DNA from: Candidatus Zixiibacteriota bacterium | GTDB taxonomy: Bacteria > Zixibacteria > MSB-5A5 > WJJR01 | Direction: 5' to 3' | Length of the DNA stretch: 16,093 nucleotides | NCBI GenBank assembly: GCA_036170655.1 | Contig: JAVHPP010000183.1 | Span: forward strand, 8,372 to 24,464 | In this document: positions 16,051-16,093 of the stretch, piece by piece | How the letters are laid out: each line of letters begins with the position of its first letter | Position numbering within the stretch: position 1 is the stretch's first letter | Notes under the pieces: generated by a model | Database searches by the model: none | What the model was told of the DNA's origin: nothing | Seen by the model: only the letters and a program-made list of their open reading frames with translations | Made by a program: the position numbers and the translations under genes

Positions 16051-16093
16051 TCATCATCCCGTCTCCCCTGTTAATACGGCGGTTGGCGAATTG

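Overview
This window is GC-rich bacterial DNA from a diderm. The dockerin style suggests Zixibacteria, but that is inference only. It has three parts. (1) 200-7693, + strand: a sigma-54 promoter with upstream palindromes and an IHF-like site precedes a cluster with no catalytic subunit. The order is membrane-anchored GcvH-like protein, HybA/FdnH-like 4x[4Fe-4S] protein, HybB/NrfD membrane protein, Cys4 GcvH-like protein, c-heme-motif HAMP histidine kinase, NtrC-type regulator (apparent ACG start) and archaemetzincin. Both GcvH-like proteins lack the lipoyl lysine and share a GxTxxDGG motif. (2) 7656-14993: a ~7.3 kb block bounded by a 47-bp direct repeat (45/47 identical) that duplicates the overlap of two convergent genes. 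It holds a TonB-dependent receptor, a dockerin-fused secreted protein, a lipoprotein, a small ORF and an orphan PhoB-like regulator, with 11-bp-periodic TT(A/T/C)AC boxes before each transcription unit. It looks like a self-contained phosphate-scavenging island with no integrase. (3) 14948-16050, - strand: a lipoprotein, a Cys-rich CopZ-N-terminal-like metallochaperone and a frameshifted HMA-domain remnant. All assignments are by-eye motif recognition; no searches were run.
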